Shown here piece by piece: positions 10,657 through 20,053 of a stretch of DNA of 64,000 nucleotides (positions are counted from its first letter, which is position 1; each line of letters begins with the position of its first letter). The position numbers and the translations under genes are program-made. The notes beneath the pieces were generated by a model, which was given only the letters and a program-made list of their open reading frames with translations, was not told the DNA's origin and searched no databases. Source of the DNA: an uncultured Rhodopirellula sp. (lineage in GTDB: Bacteria > Planctomycetota > Planctomycetia > Pirellulales > Pirellulaceae); contig CAXGAI010000003.1 of the NCBI GenBank assembly GCA_964007735.1, positions 1-64,000 on the forward strand. Direction: 5' to 3'.

Positions 10657-12057
10657 TTATGCGAGGGCTCTCAACATGCCGGTGGCCTTCTCCCAGGTCT
10701 CAACATATTCACGTTCCGGGTTTGATTGTGCCACAATCCCTCCTCCTACAGGAAATTGCCACCACCCTTTCCCGGCTGTAATGGTGCGAATGAGAATACT
10801 CAAATCCATTGTGCCATCAAACCCGATATATCCCAGGCTACCACAATAGGGGCCTCGCGCCGTAGGTTCCAACTCCGCAATAATCTCCATTGCCCTTACT
10901 TTCGGAGCTCCGGTAATCGACCCACCGGGGAACGCCTGGCGGATCAGGTCGAACGGCGTTTTGTCGTTCCGTAACCGCCCTTCGACGACACTCACAAGAT
11001 GCTGTACAAACTGGTAAACTTCCAGCCGACAGAGTTCACTGACAAAAATACTATCGGGTTCACAAACCGATGACATATCATTACGAAGCAGATCCACGAT
11101 CATGATGTTTTCCGCTCGATCTTTTTCACTTCGTCTCAACTCTTCTGCGGCATACAAATCCGCTTCCGGCACTAGAATACGAGCACGTGTTCCCTTTATA
11201 GGTCTAGCTTCAACAACCGAGTTCCGCACTTGCAAGAAGCGTTCCGGCGAAGCACTGACGATTTCGAATTCATCTGTAGCAAAGTATCCGGCAAACGTTG
11301 CTGGATTGCGATGACGCAAACGCATATATAAATCAACTGAATCGGCCGTCGCCGGGTGAAGTAGTCGATGGCTCAGGTTGACCTGAAAGATGTCCCCTGC
11401 ATAGATATAATCAATACATTTCTGCACAGCCTCGAGGTATTGTTCTTTCGAGAAATTGCTCGTCAAACTACCACGAATCTCAAATTGTTCGGCTAACTGA
11501 TCTGGAGCAATCTGATTTTTCCCCTGCTTTTCGCGACGCGGTGATACAGGAGCAGACAGAATCTGCTGAAAAAAAGCCGCTCGTTCTAAGGCTCGATTGG
11601 CTCGGGCAAGTGGTTCCTTCTCGGGTAATCCCTGTGAGATAAGCCAGGCACGTTGTTCAAAATGATCAAAAGCCACCACAACATCATAGAAACCGACGGC
11701 CATTGACGGCACTTCGAACTCATCCTGATTCGGTTTCGGAAGCGACTCGAGACTATACCCCAGGTCATAAGAAAACAGTCCGGCAGCGCCTCCCTGAAAC
11801 GGCGGTAGCCCTGCCAGCGTTTCGACCTGCTCTTCACCTACTAATTGCTGCCAAGCAGTCTCAAGCTCATCCAATTCATTCCGCTGCCGAGGTTTGGTTT
11901 CGATATATTCAAACGGATCAGCACAAACGAACGAATATCGCCCCAGGTTCTCTAGCCGCATCGCACTATCGAGAAACAGGCAATGTGGCAATGATGCCAA
12001 CCGCAAAAATACGGCCTCAGCGTCGGGCATCGGAATCAATTCCTGAACAATTGCCAT
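10657..12057 (-). CDS. pabB: Aminodeoxychorismate synthase component I
   Basis: LFLDSA, GRYSF, SPERFL, RPIKGTR (PabB-type PIKGT), AENIMIVDLLRND, PGGSITGAPKVRAMEII. Confidence 0.92.
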   Translation of the reverse strand: MAIVQELIPMPDAEAVFLRLASLPHCLFLDSAMRLENLGRYSFVCADPFEYIETKPRQRNELDELETAWQQLVGEEQVETLAGLPPFQGGAAGLFSYDLGYSLESLPKPNQDEFEVPSMAVGFYDVVVAFDHFEQRAWLISQGLPEKEPLARANRALERAAFFQQILSAPVSPRREKQGKNQIAPDQLAEQFEIRGSLTSNFSKEQYLEAVQKCIDYIYAGDIFQVNLSHRLLHPATADSVDLYMRLRHRNPATFAGYFATDEFEIVSASPERFLQVRNSVVEARPIKGTRARILVPEADLYAAEELRRSEKDRAENIMIVDLLRNDMSSVCEPDSIFVSELCRLEVYQFVQHLVSVVEGRLRNDKTPFDLIRQAFPGGSITGAPKVRAMEIIAELEPTARGPYCGSLGYIGFDGTMDLSILIRTITAGKGWWQFPVGGGIVAQSNPEREYVETWEKATGMLRALA

Positions 12058-12195
12058 GTACTTTAATTCATGTCATTAGATAGAGAGTTAGTATAGACCG
12101 ACCTTAAATATAGGTTGCCTGTTATATTAAATTAAGTGCAAACACGACGCGCCGTGTGACTATTCGCATTAACTCAACCTTTCCAACCTGAAGCC

Positions 12196-12357
12196 ATGAC
12201 CCCAGCTGAACGTGAAAACATTATCGCCTTCCTGACAGAGCAGGGAATTCTGTCCAAGGATCTTCAACACGAACTCCTACCAAATGACGAACTCCTGCGT
12301 CTTATGCATCCTGACACCATGTGTGGCGGAAACGGATGTGAATCTGAAATTTGCTAA
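12196..12357 (+). CDS. Small 53-aa hypothetical protein with a Cys-rich C-terminus
   Basis: Below the ORF-track cutoff. MTPAERENIIAFLTEQGILSKDLQHELLPNDELLRLMHPDTMCGGNGCESEIC*. It fills an intergenic gap, with an AT-rich region and TGTTATATT upstream. Confidence 0.6.
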   Translation: MTPAERENIIAFLTEQGILSKDLQHELLPNDELLRLMHPDTMCGGNGCESEIC

Positions 12358-12371
12358 CAAAGCACGGTCAC

Positions 12372-12404
12372 ACATTCGAATGTATCAATCGAATTCACTA
12401 TAAT
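12372..12404 (+). promoter_or_regulatory. Putative promoter (-10 TATAAT) with a palindrome over the -35 region
   Basis: TATAAT at 12399-12404; perfect 12-bp palindrome ACATTCGAATGT at 12372-12383. Confidence 0.4.
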
Positions 12405-12449
12405 AACAGGCTCATTCAATCATTTTGATTTCTTAGTGAGCCCAACATT

Positions 12450-13745
12450 ATGCGCCGTACTTTCTTATACCTAGCCATCGTATCGCTGTTCAGTACACCT
12501 CTTTTTGCTGTTGAGGGTACACCTTCAACAGCGGCCAAAAAAGAAGCCGAAAAAGGTAACTGGACAGGCTGGCGTGGACCAGCCCGGGACGGTTTATCAG
12601 CGGAATCAGGACTACAAACCGAGTGGGCTGACAGTGGTCCAAAACTTGCGTGGAAAATCAAAGGGCTGGGAAGTGGTTTTTCCAGTGTGGCCGTGTCGAA
12701 TGGGAAAATATTCACTATGGGCAAAAAAGAGGGAACGACTAAAATGATCGCTCTTAGCACCAAAGATGGCGCAACTTTATGGGAAGCTGATATGGGAGCG
12801 GGCGCCAACCCGAACTGTACCCCAACAGTAGATGACGACCACATTTACGGACTCACTCATTCTGGGGAACTTATCTGTATCAATGCAACGGACGGTAGCA
12901 TCGTTTGGCAGCGAAACTTCCCTTCCGACTTCAAGGGGCGAATGGAGTCAGGCTGGGGATACTCGGAATCACCTGTCATTGATGGTGACAAATTAGTTTG
13001 CACACCGGGTGGGAATTCTGCGGTAATGGTGGCACTCAATAAAACCTCGGGAGAACTACTCTGGTCTGCCGAAATGCCCGCATCGATCGGTAACCGCGGA
13101 CAAGACGGAGCTGGGTACTCGTCAATTGTGATCAGCGAAATCGCAGGACGCAAACAGTATGTCCAGCTAACCGGCCGAGGGGTTATCGGTGTTGATGCTC
13201 AATCAGGCAACTTGCTCTGGATTTACAACCGCATCGCCAACAGCACTGCAAATATTCCAACCCCTATTGTTAAAGGCGATTACATTTTCTGCAGTACAGG
13301 ATATGGAACCGGAGCCGCTCTTATTCAGATCCACGATCGAAATGGAAGTTACGAAGCGGAAGAGAAGTACTTTCTGGAAGCGAAAAAACTCCAAAACCAT
13401 CATGGTGGAATGATTCTCGTCGGTGATTACATCTATTGTGGTCATGGGCATAATCAGGGGTTTCCAGTTTGTCTGAATATGATGACCGGAGAATATGCCT
13501 GGGGACCTGAACGTGGAGCCGGAACAGGCAGCGCTGCGATTCTCTATGCAGACGGTCATCTTTACTTCCGTTATCAAAGTGGCGACATGGCCCTGATTGA
13601 GGCCACGCCGCTTGGCTACAAATTAAAAAGTAAATTCCGGACCGAAGAAGTAAACGGAAATAGCTGGCCTCACCCCGTTATCGCAGGGAAGAAACTGTAT
13701 CTGCGTGATCAGGGAACGCTCATGGTTTACGACATCGCGAAATAA
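12450..13745 (+). CDS. Secreted PQQ-binding-like (BamB-like) beta-propeller protein
   Basis: Signal peptide, WTGWRGPARDG, repeated A.D..TG..LW blades, WPHPVIAGKKLYLRD. Confidence 0.9.
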   Translation: MRRTFLYLAIVSLFSTPLFAVEGTPSTAAKKEAEKGNWTGWRGPARDGLSAESGLQTEWADSGPKLAWKIKGLGSGFSSVAVSNGKIFTMGKKEGTTKMIALSTKDGATLWEADMGAGANPNCTPTVDDDHIYGLTHSGELICINATDGSIVWQRNFPSDFKGRMESGWGYSESPVIDGDKLVCTPGGNSAVMVALNKTSGELLWSAEMPASIGNRGQDGAGYSSIVISEIAGRKQYVQLTGRGVIGVDAQSGNLLWIYNRIANSTANIPTPIVKGDYIFCSTGYGTGAALIQIHDRNGSYEAEEKYFLEAKKLQNHHGGMILVGDYIYCGHGHNQGFPVCLNMMTGEYAWGPERGAGTGSAAILYADGHLYFRYQSGDMALIEATPLGYKLKSKFRTEEVNGNSWPHPVIAGKKLYLRDQGTLMVYDIAK

Positions 13746-13772
13746 ATTCAGTGAAGAAACAAGACGTTCCCC

Positions 13773-14825
13773 ATGTCATCTCCCCTCAAAATAGCGTTTG
13801 TTGGTGTCGACAACCCGCATGGAGCAGGTTGGCGAGATTTGCTGGCCAATATTCCGTCCGAAGCTCGACTTTCGGCAGTCGTACCGCACTTCGATGGCAG
13901 TATTACCAGCCTTGAGGAGAAGTATTCGGATTTACCTCGCTACAACACGGTCAGCGAACTAATAGCTCACGAACAATTCGATGCCGCGATTGTTGCCGTT
14001 AACAACCGCAATTCTGTCAGTGTCATTGAAGAACTAGCTGCTGCAGGAAAACACCTTCTGGCAGAAAAGCCGGTGGCCGGACGCACGGAGGATGCCGAAC
14101 GTATCAAGGATGCTGTGGACGCTGCCGGGGTGGCATTTCAAACAGGTTACATGTGGCGGTATGATGATTGCGCAAACCGTTTGAAACGCATGATCGCAGA
14201 AGACCGGTTTGGAAAGCTTATCAGTATGGAAGCGGTTTACGTCACTAGCGATGTGAATCGACGAGGGCCGGCCCATTATCTGTTCGATGTCAACGAAAGC
14301 TATGCCGGTTTCTTTAGCTGGCTCGCATGCCATCATATCGATCTCTTACAGTACATTTCAGGACAGACTGTCCAATCTGTCACCAGCCGCGTGGGCAACT
14401 TTTCTAGTACCAAAGTTGATGTCGAGGACGGCGGTACCGCCATTCTAGATCTCGCTTCCGGGGCAATCGCCACCTTGATTGGGGGCTACTGGATTCCTCG
14501 CTGGTCTGGTGAAGTTCACTGGACGATCCGTGGCAGTAAACGCTGGGTCCACTGGAACCCGAACAAGCCGGACACGAGTGGTTCTTTAGAAATCCACGGC
14601 CCCCAACCACAATGGTATGCCATGGAAGAGACCTATGATGCACCCATCGATTCAACGCCAGGTTACGGAGGTGGCCCCGGTGTTGCGTTATTAGAGGATT
14701 GGCTCTCTGTGATTCATGGGAAAAGCCCCGCTTGCAGGAATACGACAGAATCAATGCTGGCCACCGTCAAAGTGGTGGACACCATAATCCAGGCGTCTGA
14801 CGAAGGCCGCCGCATCGATTTATAA
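13773..14825 (+). CDS. Gfo/Idh/MocA family oxidoreductase
   Basis: N-terminal Rossmann fold, GKHLLAEKPVA, GYMWRY, CHHIDLL. Confidence 0.9.
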   Translation: MSSPLKIAFVGVDNPHGAGWRDLLANIPSEARLSAVVPHFDGSITSLEEKYSDLPRYNTVSELIAHEQFDAAIVAVNNRNSVSVIEELAAAGKHLLAEKPVAGRTEDAERIKDAVDAAGVAFQTGYMWRYDDCANRLKRMIAEDRFGKLISMEAVYVTSDVNRRGPAHYLFDVNESYAGFFSWLACHHIDLLQYISGQTVQSVTSRVGNFSSTKVDVEDGGTAILDLASGAIATLIGGYWIPRWSGEVHWTIRGSKRWVHWNPNKPDTSGSLEIHGPQPQWYAMEETYDAPIDSTPGYGGGPGVALLEDWLSVIHGKSPACRNTTESMLATVKVVDTIIQASDEGRRIDL

Positions 14826-14854
14826 CCCCGAAACAACCACGAGGAGTGTAAGGC

Positions 14855-15811
14855 GTGAGAATCAGCCGATATGAACAAGACGGACAGATAAAGTACGGGT
14901 TTTATTTTGACAACTATCTCGTCGAAGTAGGTGCGGCAGCCCATGCCTATAAAACGGCAACCGGTGAAGCCATCGATCTGTCTCAGGCATCGTGTATTTT
15001 AGAACTCCTTCCGCCCTGTGGAACACTTGCCGTGGATGCGGAAAAAGTGGCCGCATGGTTAATCTCAAACGAAACGCCCGCTGATTTGAAAACCTGTATC
15101 GATACTATTCGACTATTGATCCCTATTGCCCGGCCTAATAAGTTATTTCTTCTGGCTGGCAACTATTCTGCACATGTACAAGAAGGGGGCGAGCAAGGCA
15201 TCGAACGTGCTGAGACTTTTCCCTACGTCTTCATGAAACCCCCCTCCACAACACTTACCAATCCGGGACAGTCGGTAGAGATCCCCAAGGTCAATCCAAA
15301 CGAAATCGACTGGGAATTGGAACTTGCCATTGTCATTGGCAAGCAGGGTAAACACATCACAGAAGCCGACGCTTTGGATTATGTTGCCGGCTACACTGTA
15401 ATCAATGACATTTCTGATCGGGCTTATCATCCGTTTCCAAATCGCAAAGAACGAAGCCGTGACGCCTTCTTTGATTGGATGCACGGAAAATGGCATGATA
15501 GCTTCTGCCCTTGTGGACCCTGTGTTGCCACCCCAGTCACCATCCCTGACCCGCAGGCACTAGATCTCAAGCTGTCTCTTAATGACGAACTACGTCAGGA
15601 CAGCACGACAGCGTTACAGGTGTTCCCCGTGGCCGCGGTCATTGAATTCATTTCACAAAGTATCACACTTGAGCCTGGCGATATCATCTCAACCGGCACT
15701 CCGGATGGGGTGGGGAAAACGACGGGCACATTCATTCAAGCAGGAGATACGCTGCATGCTCATATCAGCAGCATCGGAACACTCACCTCGCCCGTCATTA
15801 ACGAAGCATAA
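14855..15811 (+). CDS. Fumarylacetoacetate hydrolase family protein
   Basis: AGNYSAH, FMKPPS, DWELELAIVIGK, GYTVINDISDR, LEPGDIISTGTPDGVG. Confidence 0.92.
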   Translation: MRISRYEQDGQIKYGFYFDNYLVEVGAAAHAYKTATGEAIDLSQASCILELLPPCGTLAVDAEKVAAWLISNETPADLKTCIDTIRLLIPIARPNKLFLLAGNYSAHVQEGGEQGIERAETFPYVFMKPPSTTLTNPGQSVEIPKVNPNEIDWELELAIVIGKQGKHITEADALDYVAGYTVINDISDRAYHPFPNRKERSRDAFFDWMHGKWHDSFCPCGPCVATPVTIPDPQALDLKLSLNDELRQDSTTALQVFPVAAVIEFISQSITLEPGDIISTGTPDGVGKTTGTFIQAGDTLHAHISSIGTLTSPVINEA

Positions 15812-15856
15812 CCCCTTCTTCAGCACAAAACCTAGCCTTTTTTACGAGTATCTATC

Positions 15857-17233
15857 ATGCAACGTCGACGATTTATGCAAACCGGTTTTGCTGCCTTGGC
15901 AGCAACCGCACTTCCTGAAGTTTACAACCAGTACACTTACGCCAGCCGCATTGGCAAACGCCCGAGCGAACTGCGTATTGTGGAGATCAAACGCCAGACG
16001 GTAAAACTGCCGTTCCGGCCTGCTCCTCAACGGGCCATGGATCGGGAAATTCCTCACTGGCGTTATTGCGAAATCGTTACCGTCGAATTGTCAGGCGGCG
16101 CCGTCGGTATTGGTGAAGGCTTACTGTACTACAGTTGGGGAGTGACCTCAGAGGAAGCCATCCAAAGTGCCATCGGAAGCAACGCGGCGGATTTGATGTG
16201 GAACGATGATCTTGGTGCCGGTTTACAAATGGCATTATTCGATGCTGTCGGTAAGGCCGGCGACGTACCGGCTTATCGCCTACTAGGAAATCAAGTTTAC
16301 GATACCACCCCCTTGAGCTGGTGGAACATCGACATGCCAACCAAGGACATGTTGAGTGAATGTCAAGAAGCACTTCGTTTGGGCTACAAAGCCTATAAAA
16401 CTAAAGGACGCCCCTGGTTCGACCTCTGGGACCAGACTGCAACTTGTGCCCAGGCTATGCCGGACGATTTCAAGATCGACATGGACTTTAACGAAACGCT
16501 GTTAACGGCTGAACAGGGCATTCCCATTCTTCAATGGATGGATCAATTCCCTCAGGTGGATATTTACGAATCACCAATTCCTCAACGGGACATCCAAGGT
16601 AACGCTGCGATTACAAAAGCAGTACGCGCTGGCGTTTCCCTGCACTACGGAACGCCGGCACCTAAAGACGTCGTCAAACATAACGTCTGCGATGGCTTCG
16701 TAATTGGTGGAGGTGCAACACGCGTCATGCGTCAGTCACATGTTGCCGAAACGATGGACATGCGATTCTGGCTGCAACTTGTGGGAGCCGGATTGACCGC
16801 AGCTTTCAGCTTACACTTTGGAGCCGTTTGCTCGGCGGCAACGTGGCCTGCTGTAAACTGCCATCAACTATACGTTCATGACATGCTTAAAGAGCCAATT
16901 CGAGTACGAGAAGGTTTTGCCGCGATTCCCGACAAGCCGGGACTTGGCGTGGAGTTGGACTGGAGTATTGTGAATCGCTATACGGTTGACAGACCGACTG
17001 AACGTCCGGATCCTGCCCGTATGATTGAAACAACTTATACCGACGGCCGTCGCATGTATACAGCGAACAATGGCACCGTGAACTTCATGCTGAACCCAGC
17101 TCGCTCTCCTGGCAACATGCCATACTTCGAAAAAGGAGTTGACAGCAGGCTTCTACCTAATGACGGTAGTGCACGCTGGAAAGAACTTTACGAACGCAGT
17201 CGCAAAGAGGGTCCGGTGGTGATTAAACCGTAA
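15857..17233 (+). CDS. Tat-exported mandelate racemase/muconate lactonizing (enolase superfamily) protein
   Basis: MQRRRFMQ twin-arginine leader; GIGE, MALFDAVGK, YKTKG, DFNE, YESP, PDKPGLGVELD. Confidence 0.85.
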   Translation: MQRRRFMQTGFAALAATALPEVYNQYTYASRIGKRPSELRIVEIKRQTVKLPFRPAPQRAMDREIPHWRYCEIVTVELSGGAVGIGEGLLYYSWGVTSEEAIQSAIGSNAADLMWNDDLGAGLQMALFDAVGKAGDVPAYRLLGNQVYDTTPLSWWNIDMPTKDMLSECQEALRLGYKAYKTKGRPWFDLWDQTATCAQAMPDDFKIDMDFNETLLTAEQGIPILQWMDQFPQVDIYESPIPQRDIQGNAAITKAVRAGVSLHYGTPAPKDVVKHNVCDGFVIGGGATRVMRQSHVAETMDMRFWLQLVGAGLTAAFSLHFGAVCSAATWPAVNCHQLYVHDMLKEPIRVREGFAAIPDKPGLGVELDWSIVNRYTVDRPTERPDPARMIETTYTDGRRMYTANNGTVNFMLNPARSPGNMPYFEKGVDSRLLPNDGSARWKELYERSRKEGPVVIKP

Positions 17234-17260
17234 TTACACCAGACATTTTCATCATCCGCG

Positions 17261-18118
17261 TTACGATTCATCTAGATCACGTTCATCGGTGATACGGCTG
17301 TACCATTCAGGGTGGCGGTCGTCAAACCGATGGATTTCGTGCTCGTCTGGAACCCGAACAATGTGCTTATTCCGCGTGTTCTCGGGAACGACTGTGCCAT
17401 ATAAAATCTCGCGTTCTTTATGGTCTGCGAAGTGCTGATCGTCTCCATTAGGAGAGATAATCTTGCTGCCACCGATAAATTGGAATCCTCGTTCCATTCC
17501 CACGCGGTTCACAGCCGCGTAGAAGATTTTGTTTTCCACCGCACGAGTGTTCACGATGTACTTTGGAAAAGTCTCAGCTCCGGGAGGCCAGTTTGTTGGT
17601 AAGACTACCAGATCAGCACCATCCAGAGCCATAATGCGAGACGATTCGGGGAAGCTACCGTCGTAACAAATATTCATTCCGACTTTGATTTTACCAATAT
17701 CGTAAACTTCAAATGGTCGGTTACCGGGAGTCGTAAAACGGTCAATCCCGAGAAACGGCAAGTGAATCTTTCGATAGCTACCGATAACTCCATCCGGACC
17801 AACCAGTACGCACGCGTTAAATAGCTGATCCCCCTCCTTCTCTAAAGTACCATACACAACATAGCTATTTGTTTCAGCACAAACGTGCTGAAAGAACTTA
17901 CTACTCTGACCGGGAATCGACTCGCCCCACGGCATCGCCTCTGCCAAACTACTAAAGCAGTAACCTGTCACCGCACACTCCGGAAACACGGTTAATTCAG
18001 CGCCATGGGCTGTTGTTTCCCGCATCGCCTCTTCCATGTTGGCAAGGTTCCGTTCGGGCTCCATAATTTTGATGTCCATTTGAACACCAGCTATTTTCAT
18101 ACTGCTCGTATCACTCAT
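17261..18118 (-). CDS. Carbon-nitrogen hydrolase (nitrilase superfamily)
   Basis: Glu-Lys-Cys triad motifs VFPEC, YRKIHLP, NICYDG; RAVEN. Confidence 0.92.
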   Translation of the reverse strand: MSDTSSMKIAGVQMDIKIMEPERNLANMEEAMRETTAHGAELTVFPECAVTGYCFSSLAEAMPWGESIPGQSSKFFQHVCAETNSYVVYGTLEKEGDQLFNACVLVGPDGVIGSYRKIHLPFLGIDRFTTPGNRPFEVYDIGKIKVGMNICYDGSFPESSRIMALDGADLVVLPTNWPPGAETFPKYIVNTRAVENKIFYAAVNRVGMERGFQFIGGSKIISPNGDDQHFADHKEREILYGTVVPENTRNKHIVRVPDEHEIHRFDDRHPEWYSRITDERDLDES

Positions 18119-18172
18119 TTTTTGTCCACCTTAGAGCCACTAAATATCTTTGTCCAAGTCTTTACCCTGACC

Positions 18173-19873
18173 CTATTGTTCACTCACAAAAGGTGGACGA
18201 CGTAAATGGTAGTCCGTCTCTTGCTGAAACACTCTGGCAGCATTAAGAATCGTTACTTCATCGAACAACCGTCCTACAAACTGAATGCTCTGCGGTTGAA
18301 GTGATTCCCCATTGTCAACAAATCCACTTGGCATCGCAATGGAAGGATGACCTGTCATATTAGTTATCAACAATTCATCACCACCTGAAGAAACAAACAA
18401 ATCGATCTCACTCATCAACTTTTGCATCTTTTCCTGCATTTGTCTTCGAATCCGAAGCGCTCGAATATATTCGACTGCTGGAACATATTCAGCCCGGCGG
18501 AACAATGCCGGCCAGGAATTCAGCCCTTCCTCGATACCTTCGCGTGTCAGAGGATCAAACTGAGAGGCGGCTTCTGAATAAAGAATTGTTGCCAACGGCC
18601 ACGTTGGGATATCCTTAGGCAACTGAATCGGTACGAGCTTGACACCTCGTTGCTTGAGAATTTGCAATTCTTCCCGATCTCTTACATCCTGCGCACCTTC
18701 AATGTAACCAACCTTAAGTTCTTTAAAGTCCACCGTATGGGGCCACTCAAATGAGCCATCCACCACAGAAGGATCGTCTCCTCCTTTTCCCTGTATCGCC
18801 TGAAGAACAAAACCGCAATCATCAGCGCTACGACAGATCGGTCCCAGCTTATCCATACTCCAACTCAGAGCCATGCAGCCATCACGCGATACGCGACCAA
18901 ATGTAGGACGCAAACCTGTGACGCCACAACGAATTGACGGAGAGATAATACTGCCAAGTGTTTCACTTCCGATAGAAAATCCGACACAGCCTGCTGCCGT
19001 CGCACTTGCCGAACCAGCACTCGAACCACTCGAGCCCTGCTCAATATTCCAGGGATTACGAGTCGGACCACCATACCACTGATCCCCCATCGCCAATGCT
19101 CCCAGTGAGAGCTTGGCGACTAAAACCGCATTCTGTGCATCAAGTTTCTCCAATACATAGGCTTTATGATCAATCATTCGATCCTTGAACTGTGGAGCTC
19201 CCCAGGTGGTGGGATAACCAGGATAAGCCATTAAATCCTTGGCTCCATACGGAATTCCTGTCAGTGGCGTATCAAAGCGGGAACGACGACTCTTTGAGGT
19301 GTCAATTAACTTAGCCTTCTCCATCGCAACTTCTTCTGTGAGGTTCACCACGAACTTGAGCTGAGGATTGTACCTCTTCAAACGCTTGAGATAGATTTCT
19401 GTAAGATGTGTTGCTTTGATTTCACCACGTCGCAATAAATCATGTTGTTGGCGGAGAGGCAAAAACGCCAGATCTTCATCCGTGTCAGGAACTTCAGCAG
19501 GACGGTAAACACCTTGCCCTTCTGGCTGAGTTTTCCGCAGGGGCTGCCCCTGCGGAAGATGCAGTTTGAGCGCCGGCCACGTATCATAACCAACCTCAAA
19601 CGATCGTAATGCCTCAAGGTCACGGAGAGTGCGGGTTAGGCCGGCAGCGGTTTGGTTGCGCTGATCTTCCGTAAGTTCTATCCCCGAAATCCACTCGGCT
19701 TGTTTCACCATTTCGACCGTAACTTCCTGAGCCGACGTGGCTTGGACAGTCAGTGCCCGGTGGAACGAAACTGTGCCAATCCCGGTTGCACTTAACCAGC
19801 CCATCAATTGACGTCGATTTAATGCTTTCCTATTCTTTTCGCTTGTTGATTCAGCCATTGTTTTCACTCTCAT
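18173..19873 (-). CDS. Amidase-signature family protein with Tat-like leader
   Basis: LNRRQLM leader, PLTGIPYGAKDL, GSSGSSAGSA, GSETLGSIISP, GLRPTFGRVSR. Confidence 0.9.
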   Translation of the reverse strand: MRVKTMAESTSEKNRKALNRRQLMGWLSATGIGTVSFHRALTVQATSAQEVTVEMVKQAEWISGIELTEDQRNQTAAGLTRTLRDLEALRSFEVGYDTWPALKLHLPQGQPLRKTQPEGQGVYRPAEVPDTDEDLAFLPLRQQHDLLRRGEIKATHLTEIYLKRLKRYNPQLKFVVNLTEEVAMEKAKLIDTSKSRRSRFDTPLTGIPYGAKDLMAYPGYPTTWGAPQFKDRMIDHKAYVLEKLDAQNAVLVAKLSLGALAMGDQWYGGPTRNPWNIEQGSSGSSAGSASATAAGCVGFSIGSETLGSIISPSIRCGVTGLRPTFGRVSRDGCMALSWSMDKLGPICRSADDCGFVLQAIQGKGGDDPSVVDGSFEWPHTVDFKELKVGYIEGAQDVRDREELQILKQRGVKLVPIQLPKDIPTWPLATILYSEAASQFDPLTREGIEEGLNSWPALFRRAEYVPAVEYIRALRIRRQMQEKMQKLMSEIDLFVSSGGDELLITNMTGHPSIAMPSGFVDNGESLQPQSIQFVGRLFDEVTILNAARVFQQETDYHLRRPPFVSEQ

Positions 19874-20053
19874 TTCTCATCTCCCCCCCCTATAACCGGC
19901 ACAACCGCAACTAAACTGGGGGCTTCTACGATTAGTTATAACCTGTATTCAGAGTGTCCTTGTCCATCTCAAAAACCGAGTTGATAATCAAAAGGAAGTG
20001 GACAAACCAATCTGACCATCAGAGCGAACGCAAAGTATTCTCAGGATTTTATC

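Noticed and set aside
10657..12057. Calling this gene trpE
   Set aside because: The PIKGT motif and pterin-pathway context favour PabB; no other trp genes are present.
18173..19873. Amidase as gatA
   Set aside because: It has a Tat-like leader, a GSETLGS rather than GTDTGGS motif, and no gatB or gatC neighbours.
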